The notes under the pieces are model-generated. The model ran no database searches and was not told the origin of the DNA. It saw nothing but the letters and a program-made list of their open reading frames with translations. Made by a program: the position numbers and the translations under genes. This document shows, piece after piece, positions 1 to 8,405 of a DNA stretch of 34,872 bases. This DNA comes from Bacteroidota bacterium. Its GTDB lineage: Bacteria; Bacteroidota; Bacteroidia; Bacteroidales; UBA10428. Location: NCBI GenBank assembly GCA_017860375.1, contig JAGDMB010000002.1, positions 1 to 34,872 of the forward strand, written 5' to 3'. How positions within the stretch are numbered: position 1 is the stretch's first letter; each line of letters starts with the position of its first letter.

Positions 1-334
1 TATCAACAAACTGCAATATCCAAGCCTGAGCCGTAAACCCCTGAAACTGATTGACAGAAGGTGAGAAAAGAAGGGTCACTGTTTTGATATACATGCACAA
101 TGGTGGTTATAAACCATGCAGAGACAGATCGTATCGGTTACAGGCATGAAATAAGTACTGAAGTATTGGCCGGATGGAATTTTCGCATTGCGTTAAAGTG
201 TATGATTGCAGGTGTCTGTTTCATTTAACTTTACTAACAATTTCGTATCTTCGTATGGCAACGCATAAAACTTTGTTGAAATGAAAACGAGAACAATAGT
301 ATGAAGATCTGGTATTAACTTAAATTATAAGGCT

Positions 335-700
335 ATGAAAAAGTTATTTTTTCTTATTGGTACATTTCTTTTCTTTGTTTCTGCCGGATTGATGGCGAAC
401 AAAACCAGCGTGGAAATCAAAGCACCTGCGGAAATTAAAAAAGGAACTGAAGTCACTCTTGTGATCAATGTATTCCATAATGGCAACAGCAAATCACATC
501 ATACCGACTGGGTCTTTCTGAAGATCAACGGAAAAGAAGTAAAACGGTGGGAGTATAGCAGTGAAAATCTGCCTGCCGGCGGTGATTTTACACTTGAATT
601 CAAGTACGTAGTTACGGATGATATTACCATTGAAGCACAAGGAAATTGCAATCTTCATGGAAGTGCCGGAAGCAAAAGCGCCACAATAAAAGCCAAATAA
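335..700 (+). CDS. Secreted desulfoferrodoxin/superoxide-reductase (centre II)-like domain protein
   Basis: 121-aa ORF with a Sec-type signal peptide (MKKLFFLIGTFLFFVSAGLMA). The mature part aligns by eye to neelaredoxin/SOR: FHNGNSKSHH (two His ligand positions) and C-terminal GNCNLHG (Cys-x2-His). The first His of the canonical E-K-H-V-P motif is replaced (NKTSV). Confidence 0.6.
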   Translation: MKKLFFLIGTFLFFVSAGLMANKTSVEIKAPAEIKKGTEVTLVINVFHNGNSKSHHTDWVFLKINGKEVKRWEYSSENLPAGGDFTLEFKYVVTDDITIEAQGNCNLHGSAGSKSATIKAK

Positions 701-712
701 ATTACTTAGCCT

Positions 713-883
713 ATGTATGCACTTATTCTTCCCCTTGGGATTCTTAATTTTCTGCTGGTATTGTTTCAGATACTGGGCGGGCTCAAAGTCATAAAAGTAT
801 CCTTTAAGGTTCACAAAATCATGGGGATACTTTTGGGTATCTTTGCATTGATTCACGGAGCCATTGCTGTTTTCTTTGTTTAG
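713..883 (+). CDS. Small (56 aa) two-helix membrane protein, unannotated in the ORF track
   Basis: ATG at 713 and TAG at 881-883, 12 nt after the stop of 335..700 on the same strand. Hand translation: MYALILPLGILNFLLVLFQILGGLKVIKVSFKVHKIMGILLGIFALIHGAIAVFFV. It has two hydrophobic segments split by a Lys-rich loop, with one His in the loop just before helix 2 (H34) and one within helix 2 (H48). It is below the ~60-aa cut-off of the supplied track. Confidence 0.4.
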   Translation: MYALILPLGILNFLLVLFQILGGLKVIKVSFKVHKIMGILLGIFALIHGAIAVFFV

Positions 884-1091
884 GAAAAACAGGCTTTGTA
901 TCCGTTTTCTCCTGGCCCTGAATGGAACCTGATCGTTGCTTTCAGGTGCTGCTTTTCTATCATTGCACTAAGAATGAGGATTTTACTTCAGGGATAAGAA
1001 CAATTAAGAATAACGGCATACCCCGGATTCATTATTTTGATTATCTGCTTTTTTTAACCAGATTTGCGTAATTATTTTATGCGAAAATGGA

Positions 1092-1583
1092 ATGTCGCGC
1101 AAAGAGGACATAGATTTCGGGAAAACCAGCATGAAGAAGAGAGAGTTAATTACAAGAACAGTGATCCGTGTCCGGTTTAATGAAGTGGATTCCATGGGAG
1201 TTGTCTGGCATGGTAATTATATCCGATATTTTGAAGACGGCCGGGAGGATTTTGGAGACAGATTCAGCATTAATTATCTTGATTTTCGTAACCGCGGCAT
1301 TCTTATCCCGATTGTAAAGGTTGTCTGTGACTTTAAAAAACCACTTATTTACGGGGACACGGCCCTGGTTGAAACAAGATTTGTGGATTCTGAGGCTGCA
1401 AAGATCCTGTATGACTATACCCTTTTCAATAATAAAAGCCATGAAATTGTGGCCACAGGTTCCAGCATACAGGTTTTTCTGAGCCTTAATCGGGAACTGC
1501 TGCTTGATTTTCCTCCTTTTTTCCTCGACTGGAAGAAGCGTAACGGACTCTTGCCCCCGGATAATGACCCGGGATTAATTTGA
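1092..1583 (+). CDS. 4HBT/YbgC-family hotdog thioesterase (ApeK-like)
   Basis: VRFNEVDSMGVVWHGNY matches the 4-hydroxybenzoyl-CoA-thioesterase-type Asp/aromatic motif. About 150 aa, hotdog size. An alternative ATG at 1131 (MKKRELI) is possible. Confidence 0.8.
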   Translation: MSRKEDIDFGKTSMKKRELITRTVIRVRFNEVDSMGVVWHGNYIRYFEDGREDFGDRFSINYLDFRNRGILIPIVKVVCDFKKPLIYGDTALVETRFVDSEAAKILYDYTLFNNKSHEIVATGSSIQVFLSLNRELLLDFPPFFLDWKKRNGLLPPDNDPGLI

Positions 1584-1595
1584 ACCTTTTATGAA

Positions 1596-2735
1596 GTGAC
1601 AGACGTTTTCATAACTTCCGATAATATAATTACTCCGCTGGGTTTTTCAACACCTGAAAATGCCGGAAATATGCTGGCCGATAAGACCGGTATAAGGTTA
1701 ACCAGGGATGAAAAAATTGCTCCCGGACCTTTCTATGCATCCCTGCTGGATACTTCAATGCTTCAGGATCAATTCGCCACATTGGATGATCCCGGAAAAT
1801 TCACACGGTTTGAACAACTTGCCCTTCTTTCGGTTCACAGCGCCCTTTCCGGAGCAGGTATCGAACCTGCCGATCCCAAAACCCTTTTCATTCTTTCTAC
1901 CACAAAGGGAAACATTGATATACTGCAAAAGGAAAATGAACGTAAATTCGGTAAGGAAAGAGTGTATTTATGGCACACCGCCCGTCTCATTCAGCATTAT
2001 TTTGGATTCAGGAATGAACCGGTTGTTGTTTCCAATGCCTGTATTTCGGGCGTTCAGGCTATACTGACCGGTGCACGATTAATCCGGGCCGGCCTTTATG
2101 AAAATGTCATCATCAACGGAACCGACATTATCACGGAATTTGTCATGTCGGGTTTCAGTTCTTTTAAGTCACTCAGCAACGGACCCTGCCGTCCTTTCGA
2201 CAAAACGCGTGACGGACTGTCGCTGGGGGAAGGATCGGGAACCATTATTCTGTCAAAAAATCCTTCGCATATTGACAGCCATGTTATTGTTGGCGAAGGC
2301 TTTTCAAGCAATGATGCCAATCATATATCAGGTCCTTCCAGGACAGGAGAAGGATTGTTCATCGCCATTGAGGGTGTGATGAAAAGATCTCCTGTGACAG
2401 TCGATTTTATTTCCGCTCACGGTACGGCCACCTCCTACAACGATGAGATGGAATCCATGGCCATTACTCGAGCCGGACTGCAGACAGTGCCGGTTAACAG
2501 TTTTAAAGGTTACTGGGGACATACCCTGGGCGCTGCCGGAGTTATCGAATCCGTCATGTGCGTCTATAGCCTTCGTGAAAAGGTCTTGTTGCATACAAAA
2601 GGGTATCATGACCCTGGTGTTACAAATCCTGTTGCCGTGATAGACAAGGTGATTCATCGGGAAATCAGCCATTGCCTGAAAATAGCTTCAGGATTCGGCG
2701 GCTGTAATATTGCATTGTTATTTCATAAAAAATGA
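1596..2735 (+). CDS. Beta-ketoacyl-ACP synthase (KS, type II PKS/FAS-like)
   Basis: Cys-His-His triad motifs: SNACISGVQAI, SAHGTATSYND, GYWGHTLGAAG. C-terminal ASGFGGCN. GTG start at 1596; the only upstream ATG, at 1591, is out of frame and hits TGA after 2 codons. Confidence 0.9.
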   Translation: MTDVFITSDNIITPLGFSTPENAGNMLADKTGIRLTRDEKIAPGPFYASLLDTSMLQDQFATLDDPGKFTRFEQLALLSVHSALSGAGIEPADPKTLFILSTTKGNIDILQKENERKFGKERVYLWHTARLIQHYFGFRNEPVVVSNACISGVQAILTGARLIRAGLYENVIINGTDIITEFVMSGFSSFKSLSNGPCRPFDKTRDGLSLGEGSGTIILSKNPSHIDSHVIVGEGFSSNDANHISGPSRTGEGLFIAIEGVMKRSPVTVDFISAHGTATSYNDEMESMAITRAGLQTVPVNSFKGYWGHTLGAAGVIESVMCVYSLREKVLLHTKGYHDPGVTNPVAVIDKVIHREISHCLKIASGFGGCNIALLFHKK

Positions 2736-3373
2736 CGAATTCCGGTTTCATAAGCAGATTTTGTTCAATCCGTAACAACACGGTAGTTGTCAACAATAAA
2801 ACGGAATTTTTCCGGCCGGATGAAAAACCGGAGAAATTTCTGACCGGTGTTTACCAGCACTTCGCCATTCAATATCCGAAGTTCTATAAGATGGATATCC
2901 TGAGCAAGCTTGGCTTTTTATCTGTCGAGCTGCTCCTCAGGGATACCGGATTGCTTGAAAAATATGCGGGTCATAAAACGGGTATCATTCTCATGAATGC
3001 TTCCTCTTCTCTGGATACCGACAGGCGTCACCAGGAAAGTATACTGGACCGGGCAAACTATTTTCCCAGTCCGGCCGTTTTTGTTTATACCTTGCCCAAT
3101 ATCATGATCGGGGAGATAAGCATCAGGCATAAGATCACCGGGGAAGGCACTTTCTTTGTCCGGGAAAGATTCGATGCCTCTTTTCTGGTAAGCTATATCC
3201 GCCAGTTGTTTGATACGGGCATACTGCAGTGTTGTATTACAGGATGGACTGAGACGAACGGGGACGACTATGAATCGGTCATGTATTTTGTAGAGAAAAC
3301 CGACAGACCTATGGACGGAATTGCTAATTTTGACGCCGCTACGATACAAAAATTATACGATAAAGTGAAATAA
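2732..3373 (+). CDS. Short KS-like protein lacking the active-site Cys (chain-length-factor/ApeC-like partner)
   Basis: 213 aa. NASSSLDTD sits where a KS carries ...AC.S... . The ATGA overlap with the upstream KS stop (2732-2735) suggests translational coupling. Confidence 0.65.
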   Translation: MTNSGFISRFCSIRNNTVVVNNKTEFFRPDEKPEKFLTGVYQHFAIQYPKFYKMDILSKLGFLSVELLLRDTGLLEKYAGHKTGIILMNASSSLDTDRRHQESILDRANYFPSPAVFVYTLPNIMIGEISIRHKITGEGTFFVRERFDASFLVSYIRQLFDTGILQCCITGWTETNGDDYESVMYFVEKTDRPMDGIANFDAATIQKLYDKVK

Positions 3374-3376
3374 GGT

Positions 3377-3634
3377 ATGGAACAACTTATCCAGAAGCTG
3401 AAGGAAGAAATCATTGATGCCCTGAATTTATCGGAAATGAATCCGGAACAGATCGATGATAAAGCACCTCTTTTTATTGATGGTTTGGGCCTTGATTCGA
3501 TTGATGCACTGGAACTGACAGTTCTGCTGGAAAAAAAATACGGACTGAGAATCAGTACCGCTGAAGAGGGCAAAAAGGTGTTGTATTCGGTAAGGTCGAT
3601 GGCAGAGTTTATTACAGCCAACGGGAAAGCATGA
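3377..3634 (+). CDS. Acyl carrier protein
   Basis: 85 aa, acidic, with a DGLGLDSIDALEL phosphopantetheine-attachment Ser motif. Confidence 0.9.
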   Translation: MEQLIQKLKEEIIDALNLSEMNPEQIDDKAPLFIDGLGLDSIDALELTVLLEKKYGLRISTAEEGKKVLYSVRSMAEFITANGKA

Positions 3635-3705
3635 ATTATTTGTTCCATGCATCTTTTGCTCTTCGAAAAACAAGAAATTAACCATTACTCTTAAAATCTC
3701 AGGTT

Positions 3706-4911
3706 GTGTCAGACCGCGTTTTTGTTACCGGTATTGGTGTCATTTCCGCCCTCGGCTTTGACATCGACGAAACCGCTTCCGCATTGCAGAAATCAAAAAG
3801 CGGCATTGGCCGCATTTCGCTTTTTGACACTGTGTACAAAGAGGAAATACCGGTAGCGGAAGTTAAGGCTTCCAACATTGAACTTGCTGAAAGGGCACAG
3901 GTAAAACAGGATGGATTGTTTTCCCGGACTTCCCTGCTGGGGCTTATCGCTGCACGGCAGGCATTGTCACAGGCTCAGGTCAGGGATTTTGCCGGAACCA
4001 GGACCGGTTTGATTTCCGCCACCACCACAGGGGGCATGGACCGGAGTGAAAGATTTTTTAAGGAATATCTGAAAAACAACAGAAGAGGCCGTTTACGGGA
4101 TATTGTCACCCATGATTGCGGCAACAGTACAGAAATTATTGCAAAGCAAACCGGAATAAGGGATTACGTAACCACCATCAGTACCGCCTGTTCGTCATCG
4201 GCCAACGCTATATTGTTGGGTGCACGCCTGGTTCAGAACGGAATGCTGGACCGGGTTCTGGCAGGCGGGGTGGATGCCCTGACCCTCTTTACTCTGAATG
4301 GCTTCAACAGCCTGATGATTCTTGACCGAAACGGTTGCAAACCTTTTGATGAGGAAAGAAACGGACTTACTCTGGGCGAAGGAGCGGGATTTCTGATGAT
4401 CGAATCGGAAAGCTTGGCTAAAAAACAAGGCAAGACCATTCTGGGTGAAGTAAAAGGCTATGGGAATGCCTGTGATGCACATCATCAGACCGCCTCTTCA
4501 CCCGAGGGAAACGGAGCCTACCTTTCCATGGAAAAGGCTCTTATAACAGCCGGCCTGAAGCCTGCCATGATCGACTATATTAACGCCCATGGTACCGGTA
4601 CCAAAAACAATGATTTATCGGAAGGGATCGCAATAAAAAGACTCTTTCAGGATTCTGTTCCCGCTTTCAGTTCAACAAAGGCCTATACAGGGCATACGCT
4701 GGGTGCGGCCGGGGCCATTGAAGCGGTTTTCTGTATTATGGCCCTGCAGCATCAATGGCTCTATCCTAACCTTAATTTCAGACAGACCATGAAAGAACTT
4801 GGATTTTCACCCGTTGCAAGCTTTCAACATCACGTTCCGGTTCGATATATCATGTCCAATTCATTCGGATTCGGCGGTAATAATACGAGTATAATTTTTT
4901 CGGGATGCTGA
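3706..4911 (+). CDS. Beta-ketoacyl-ACP synthase II-like (KS)
   Basis: ISTACSSSANAI (Cys), NAHGTGTKNND (His), YTGHTLGAAG (His), SNSFGFGGNN. GTG start. Confidence 0.9.
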   Translation: MSDRVFVTGIGVISALGFDIDETASALQKSKSGIGRISLFDTVYKEEIPVAEVKASNIELAERAQVKQDGLFSRTSLLGLIAARQALSQAQVRDFAGTRTGLISATTTGGMDRSERFFKEYLKNNRRGRLRDIVTHDCGNSTEIIAKQTGIRDYVTTISTACSSSANAILLGARLVQNGMLDRVLAGGVDALTLFTLNGFNSLMILDRNGCKPFDEERNGLTLGEGAGFLMIESESLAKKQGKTILGEVKGYGNACDAHHQTASSPEGNGAYLSMEKALITAGLKPAMIDYINAHGTGTKNNDLSEGIAIKRLFQDSVPAFSSTKAYTGHTLGAAGAIEAVFCIMALQHQWLYPNLNFRQTMKELGFSPVASFQHHVPVRYIMSNSFGFGGNNTSIIFSGC

Positions 4912-4912
4912 T

Positions 4913-5980
4913 ATGGAAGCCTTTATTGATGGAATAAGCGCGATCTCACCGCAAAAGACCCTCGACGGATCGGTGTTTCTGCAGGAACTACAGGAATACA
5001 AAGGCGTTCATGCACTGAAATGCATAGAACCCCCTTATAGTGATTTTCTTGATCCAATGGCCTCACGGCGCATGAGCCGAATTGTCAAAATGGGAGCTTG
5101 TGCCGCCATGAAATGCCTGAAGGAGGCCTCCCTTGAAAACCCCGGTGCCATCATCACCGGAACCGGTCTGGGGTGCATTGAAGACACAGAGAAATTTCTC
5201 ACTTCCCTGTATACCAATGAAGAAAAACTTTTAAATCCCACTCCTTTTATTCAGTCGACGCACAATACCGTTGCTGCTGCCATTGCTCTGATGCTTAAAT
5301 GCAACAGTTACAACAACACTTACGTTCACCGGGGTTTCTCTTTTGAAAGCGCCCTGCTTGACGGCCTTATGCTGTTGCATGAGGGAACTGCGGAACGGGT
5401 CCTGGTCGGCGGTCTGGATGAACTGACAAACCACTCCTTCGCCATCACAAACCGCCTGGGATTCTGGAAGAGGCAACCCATAGACAGCCTCAGGCTGCTG
5501 GAGTATAAAAGTAAAGGGAGCCTGGCCGGAGAAGGAGTTGCATTCTTTGCACTAAACCGTGAGAAAAGTGAAAAAACCATTGCCATGATCCGTTCCATCG
5601 ATACTATTTTTAATCCCGGAACTCCTGCTGAAACAGAACGCCGGTTATCCGTTTTTGTTGAAAAAGCCGCAGGAGGGATGGGTAAGCTGGATCTTATCGT
5701 TTTGGGAATGAACGGAGATCCGGAAATGGATGAAGTCTACCGTCATCTGGTGAATACTCTGTTCGGTTTGGTACCCTGCGCTTATTTTAAGCATTTATGC
5801 GGTGAATACGATACCGCATCGTCCTTTGCCCTGTACCTGGCTGCTGCGATACTTAAAGAACAAAAGGTTCCGGAAGCAATCCGGCTCGACAAGAGATCCA
5901 TAGGACAGATAAAAAATATACTGGTATACAATCATGTGAGAAACAGTAACCACTCGATGTTTGTAGTTTCGGCATGCTGA
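4913..5980 (+). CDS. KS-like chain-length-factor (no catalytic Cys)
   Basis: 355 aa with thiolase-fold-like length and layout. The position equivalent to the KS Cys reads VHRGFSFES. It starts 1 nt after the stop of the preceding KS. Confidence 0.75.
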   Translation: MEAFIDGISAISPQKTLDGSVFLQELQEYKGVHALKCIEPPYSDFLDPMASRRMSRIVKMGACAAMKCLKEASLENPGAIITGTGLGCIEDTEKFLTSLYTNEEKLLNPTPFIQSTHNTVAAAIALMLKCNSYNNTYVHRGFSFESALLDGLMLLHEGTAERVLVGGLDELTNHSFAITNRLGFWKRQPIDSLRLLEYKSKGSLAGEGVAFFALNREKSEKTIAMIRSIDTIFNPGTPAETERRLSVFVEKAAGGMGKLDLIVLGMNGDPEMDEVYRHLVNTLFGLVPCAYFKHLCGEYDTASSFALYLAAAILKEQKVPEAIRLDKRSIGQIKNILVYNHVRNSNHSMFVVSAC

Positions 5981-6747
5981 AATATAAAAAAATACTGCTT
6001 GCTTTCGGCCTTTTGCTGATGGTAGTCTTGCTTATGGATTATTTTTATCCGGTAAGCATCGGGTGGTATATTGGCATTCTTATTGCAGCGGTCGGAATGC
6101 TGGCCTATGGTTCCATTTCCATCCGGTCAGGTTTTTACGGTCGGGTCATTTGCTCCTTTGATTCCGGTGATAAAGTCATGGCCCTGACTTTTGACGACGG
6201 TCCTGATGAGCTGGTTACCCCGCAGGTGCTTGACCTTTTGAAAAGAGAGCATATAAAGGCTGCCTTTTTTTGCGTCGGATCCCGGATATTAACGTATCCT
6301 GCATTGATTGAACGGATGGACAGGGAAGGACATATCATTGGGAATCACAGTTTTTCGCATCATTTCTTTTTTGATCTCTTTTCCGTTAAAAGGATGGAGG
6401 AAGAACTGATGAAAACGGAAAAACTGGTTGAACGCATTATCCATAAAAAGATTCAGCTTTTCAGACCTCCCTATGGTGTTACCAATCCGTTGCTGGCAAG
6501 AGCATTGCAAAAGATGAATTATTCCGTCATTGGCTGGACGGTGAAATCAAAAGATACGGTGATCAGGGATGAACAAAAGCTGTATGACAGACTAACCGGC
6601 AAAACCGGAAATGGAGGCATCATTCTTTTCCATGATACCCGTCCTCACCTGGTTCCTGTTCTCGACAAATTCATAAAATATGCACGTGAAAATGAGTACC
6701 GCTTTGAACGCCTCGACAAAATCCTGCAAATTGCAGCGTATGAATAG
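5974..6747 (+). CDS. Membrane-anchored NodB-family polysaccharide/carbohydrate de-N-acetylase
   Basis: N-terminal TM helices followed by all three core NodB motifs: TFDDGPDE, GNHSFSHH, FRPPYG. Overlaps the upstream gene by 7 nt. Confidence 0.85.
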   Translation: MLKYKKILLAFGLLLMVVLLMDYFYPVSIGWYIGILIAAVGMLAYGSISIRSGFYGRVICSFDSGDKVMALTFDDGPDELVTPQVLDLLKREHIKAAFFCVGSRILTYPALIERMDREGHIIGNHSFSHHFFFDLFSVKRMEEELMKTEKLVERIIHKKIQLFRPPYGVTNPLLARALQKMNYSVIGWTVKSKDTVIRDEQKLYDRLTGKTGNGGIILFHDTRPHLVPVLDKFIKYARENEYRFERLDKILQIAAYE

Positions 6748-7384
6748 AACGGTTGCTTTCTTTGCCTGTTTCTGCCTGATCTTCGTCATGCCGCACGCCG
6801 GCGCTCAGGAAACCTTTAAACCCATGAGCGACATCGCGACATTCAAAGAGAAACTGGCTGCTATGTCGGGGGCGACTCAAACGATTGTATGCAATTTCGT
6901 TCAGGAGAAAAATCTGAGTGTATTGTCGGAAAAGGTCATTTCAAAGGGGCAGTTCTATTTTAAAAAAGAAAACAATATCCGCTGGGAATATACGGATCCA
7001 TACAAATACCTGATCATCATCAGCAACAATCAGCTGTTTACCCGTGACGACAAAAACCAGAATCAATACGACATTCAATCCAGTGCGATGTTTCAGGAAA
7101 TGAACAAGTTTATCAGCGGTTGTATACAGGGGGATATCCTGAAAAATGACAGGGATTATGCCATAACGTATTTTGAAAGCAGCAGGTCATATTATGTTAC
7201 ACTGATTCCCCGTAATGAAAAGATGAAACAAATGTTGAATGAGGTACAGATCTTTTTTGACAGGAAGGATCTGACGGTTTCCAGTCTCAAAATGATTGAA
7301 TCGGGGGAAGATTATACGCGCATAAATTTCATTGACAAGAAACTGAATACAGAAATACCGGTTGAAAAATTTAATTTTAAGTAG
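6740..7384 (+). CDS. LolA-like outer-membrane lipoprotein carrier protein (ApeL-like)
   Basis: Preferred start is ATG 6740 (MNRTVAFFACFCLIFVMPHAGAQE, a signal peptide), overlapping the deacetylase stop. The track ORF starts at 6680. Size, beta-rich composition and position in the cluster fit the LolA-like genes of aryl-polyene loci. Confidence 0.65.
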   Translation: MNRTVAFFACFCLIFVMPHAGAQETFKPMSDIATFKEKLAAMSGATQTIVCNFVQEKNLSVLSEKVISKGQFYFKKENNIRWEYTDPYKYLIIISNNQLFTRDDKNQNQYDIQSSAMFQEMNKFISGCIQGDILKNDRDYAITYFESSRSYYVTLIPRNEKMKQMLNEVQIFFDRKDLTVSSLKMIESGEDYTRINFIDKKLNTEIPVEKFNFK

Positions 7385-8021
7385 CCTTTTATTATTGTTG
7401 CTGGGCGGGTGTTCCGGTTCCCGTTTTTACCGATTACAAAGGATGCCCGAAACAGCCATCAGCAAAAACCATATCCTCCCCTGGTTCCAGGGGGATACCA
7501 TTCGTTTCTTGTTCCGCGCCCATGTGGAGTTCCACAGGCATCATCTTGGCGGATTAATGCTCATAAAGCCCATGAATGGAGAGAGTTACAGGGTGCTTTT
7601 CATGACTGAGGTAGGAATAAAGATTTTTGATATGGAATTCTTCCGCAACGGCGATTTTAAGTTGCATTACTTGCTGGATGCAATGAAGCGCAAATCCCTT
7701 CTCGAGAGCTTAAAAAACGATATGGGTCTGATACTTTACCCTGTTGGCGGGGACACACAAATTGAAATGAGGAAAGACAGGGAAACCGGAAACGTTGTGA
7801 TCCAATCAATGAATAGGAACGGGGTGAACTATTTTTTCATCAATGAACAGAACAGGGTGAATAAAATCAAGCAGAGAGACGGATGTATACAAAGGATGAA
7901 TATGACCCTGTACAGCGCAGATTCAAGGGAAATCGATTCCATCCGAATTTGCCATTCTCCGGTGAAAATGAACATTTATTTGTCAAAACTTAATGAAAAC
8001 AGATCCGAAATTTCTGAATGA
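7362..8021 (+). CDS. Lipoprotein of unknown function (possibly DUF3261/ApeN-like)
   Basis: TTG start. Lipobox LLLLGGC|SG. 219 aa with no catalytic motif recognised. Overlaps both neighbours (23 nt and 29 nt). Confidence 0.55.
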   Translation: MKNLILSSLLLLLLGGCSGSRFYRLQRMPETAISKNHILPWFQGDTIRFLFRAHVEFHRHHLGGLMLIKPMNGESYRVLFMTEVGIKIFDMEFFRNGDFKLHYLLDAMKRKSLLESLKNDMGLILYPVGGDTQIEMRKDRETGNVVIQSMNRNGVNYFFINEQNRVNKIKQRDGCIQRMNMTLYSADSREIDSIRICHSPVKMNIYLSKLNENRSEISE

Positions 8022-8382
8022 TTTGTATGTCATAAAGGACATCAGGGAAGAATTGGCCAGCAATAAATTTACCGTTCTGATCGAATTGAATTCCAATCAT
8101 CCGATTTTCCGGGGTCATTTCCCGGGAAATCCGGTTTTACCGGGGGTATGTACCGTTCAGATCATAAAAGAGCTATTGGCAAATCTGTTGAAGAGAAACC
8201 TGAACCTCAAAAAGGCCGGCACCATAAAATACCTTTCCTTTATAAATCCTGAAATAAACCGGTTGGTAAGTTTTGACCTGCAGGTAAAGGAAGCTGAAGA
8301 AGGGCAGCTGATCTGCAATGTCTCCGTATTTCATGAGACGACAGTATTTTGCAGCTTCAGGGGGGAGTGGGCAGAAGAATAA
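7993..8382 (+). CDS. FabZ/FabA-like hotdog 3-hydroxyacyl-ACP dehydratase
   Basis: FRGHFPGNPVLPGV is the classical FabZ catalytic-His motif. 129 aa. Confidence 0.8.
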   Translation: MKTDPKFLNDLYVIKDIREELASNKFTVLIELNSNHPIFRGHFPGNPVLPGVCTVQIIKELLANLLKRNLNLKKAGTIKYLSFINPEINRLVSFDLQVKEAEEGQLICNVSVFHETTVFCSFRGEWAEE

Positions 8383-8405
8383 AAAATGGCAATGTAGACA
8401 TTCTT

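Noticed and set aside
1-94. Open minus-strand frame starting at ATG 94..92 (MYIKTVTLLFSPSVNQFQGFTAQAWILQFVD...) and running off the left edge. It could be the N-terminus of a divergent gene.
   Set aside because: Only 31 codons are visible and no motif is present. An open frame of that length is expected by chance fairly often, so it cannot be supported from this window.
494-856. 120-aa minus-strand ORF overlapping the SOR-like gene and the small membrane ORF.
   Set aside because: It is antisense to a gene with a clear signal peptide and metal-site motifs. Its composition is unremarkable with no motif, so it is most likely a shadow ORF.
884-1091. Searched the 208-nt region upstream of the first PKS operon for a TAnnTTTG promoter element and a terminator (CCTGAA-N18-TTCAGG at ~920-949).
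   Set aside because: Only near-matches were found (cAGATTTG, TAtTTTG with the wrong spacing). The hairpin has a 6-bp stem with an 18-nt loop and no proper T tract, which is not convincing.
1581-1598. The thioesterase (1092-1583) and the following KS (1596-2735) are in the same reading frame, separated only by TGA plus four codons. This raised the question of stop-codon read-through or a Sec-type fusion.
   Set aside because: No SECIS-like hairpin is evident. The KS N-terminus (VFITSDNIITPLG) is a normal KS start, and a GTG start right after the stop is a simpler explanation. The same frame occurs by chance one time in three.
3268-3648. 126-aa minus-strand ORF covering the ACP gene.
   Set aside because: The plus-strand ACP (DSID motif) explains the region. 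This is a shadow ORF.
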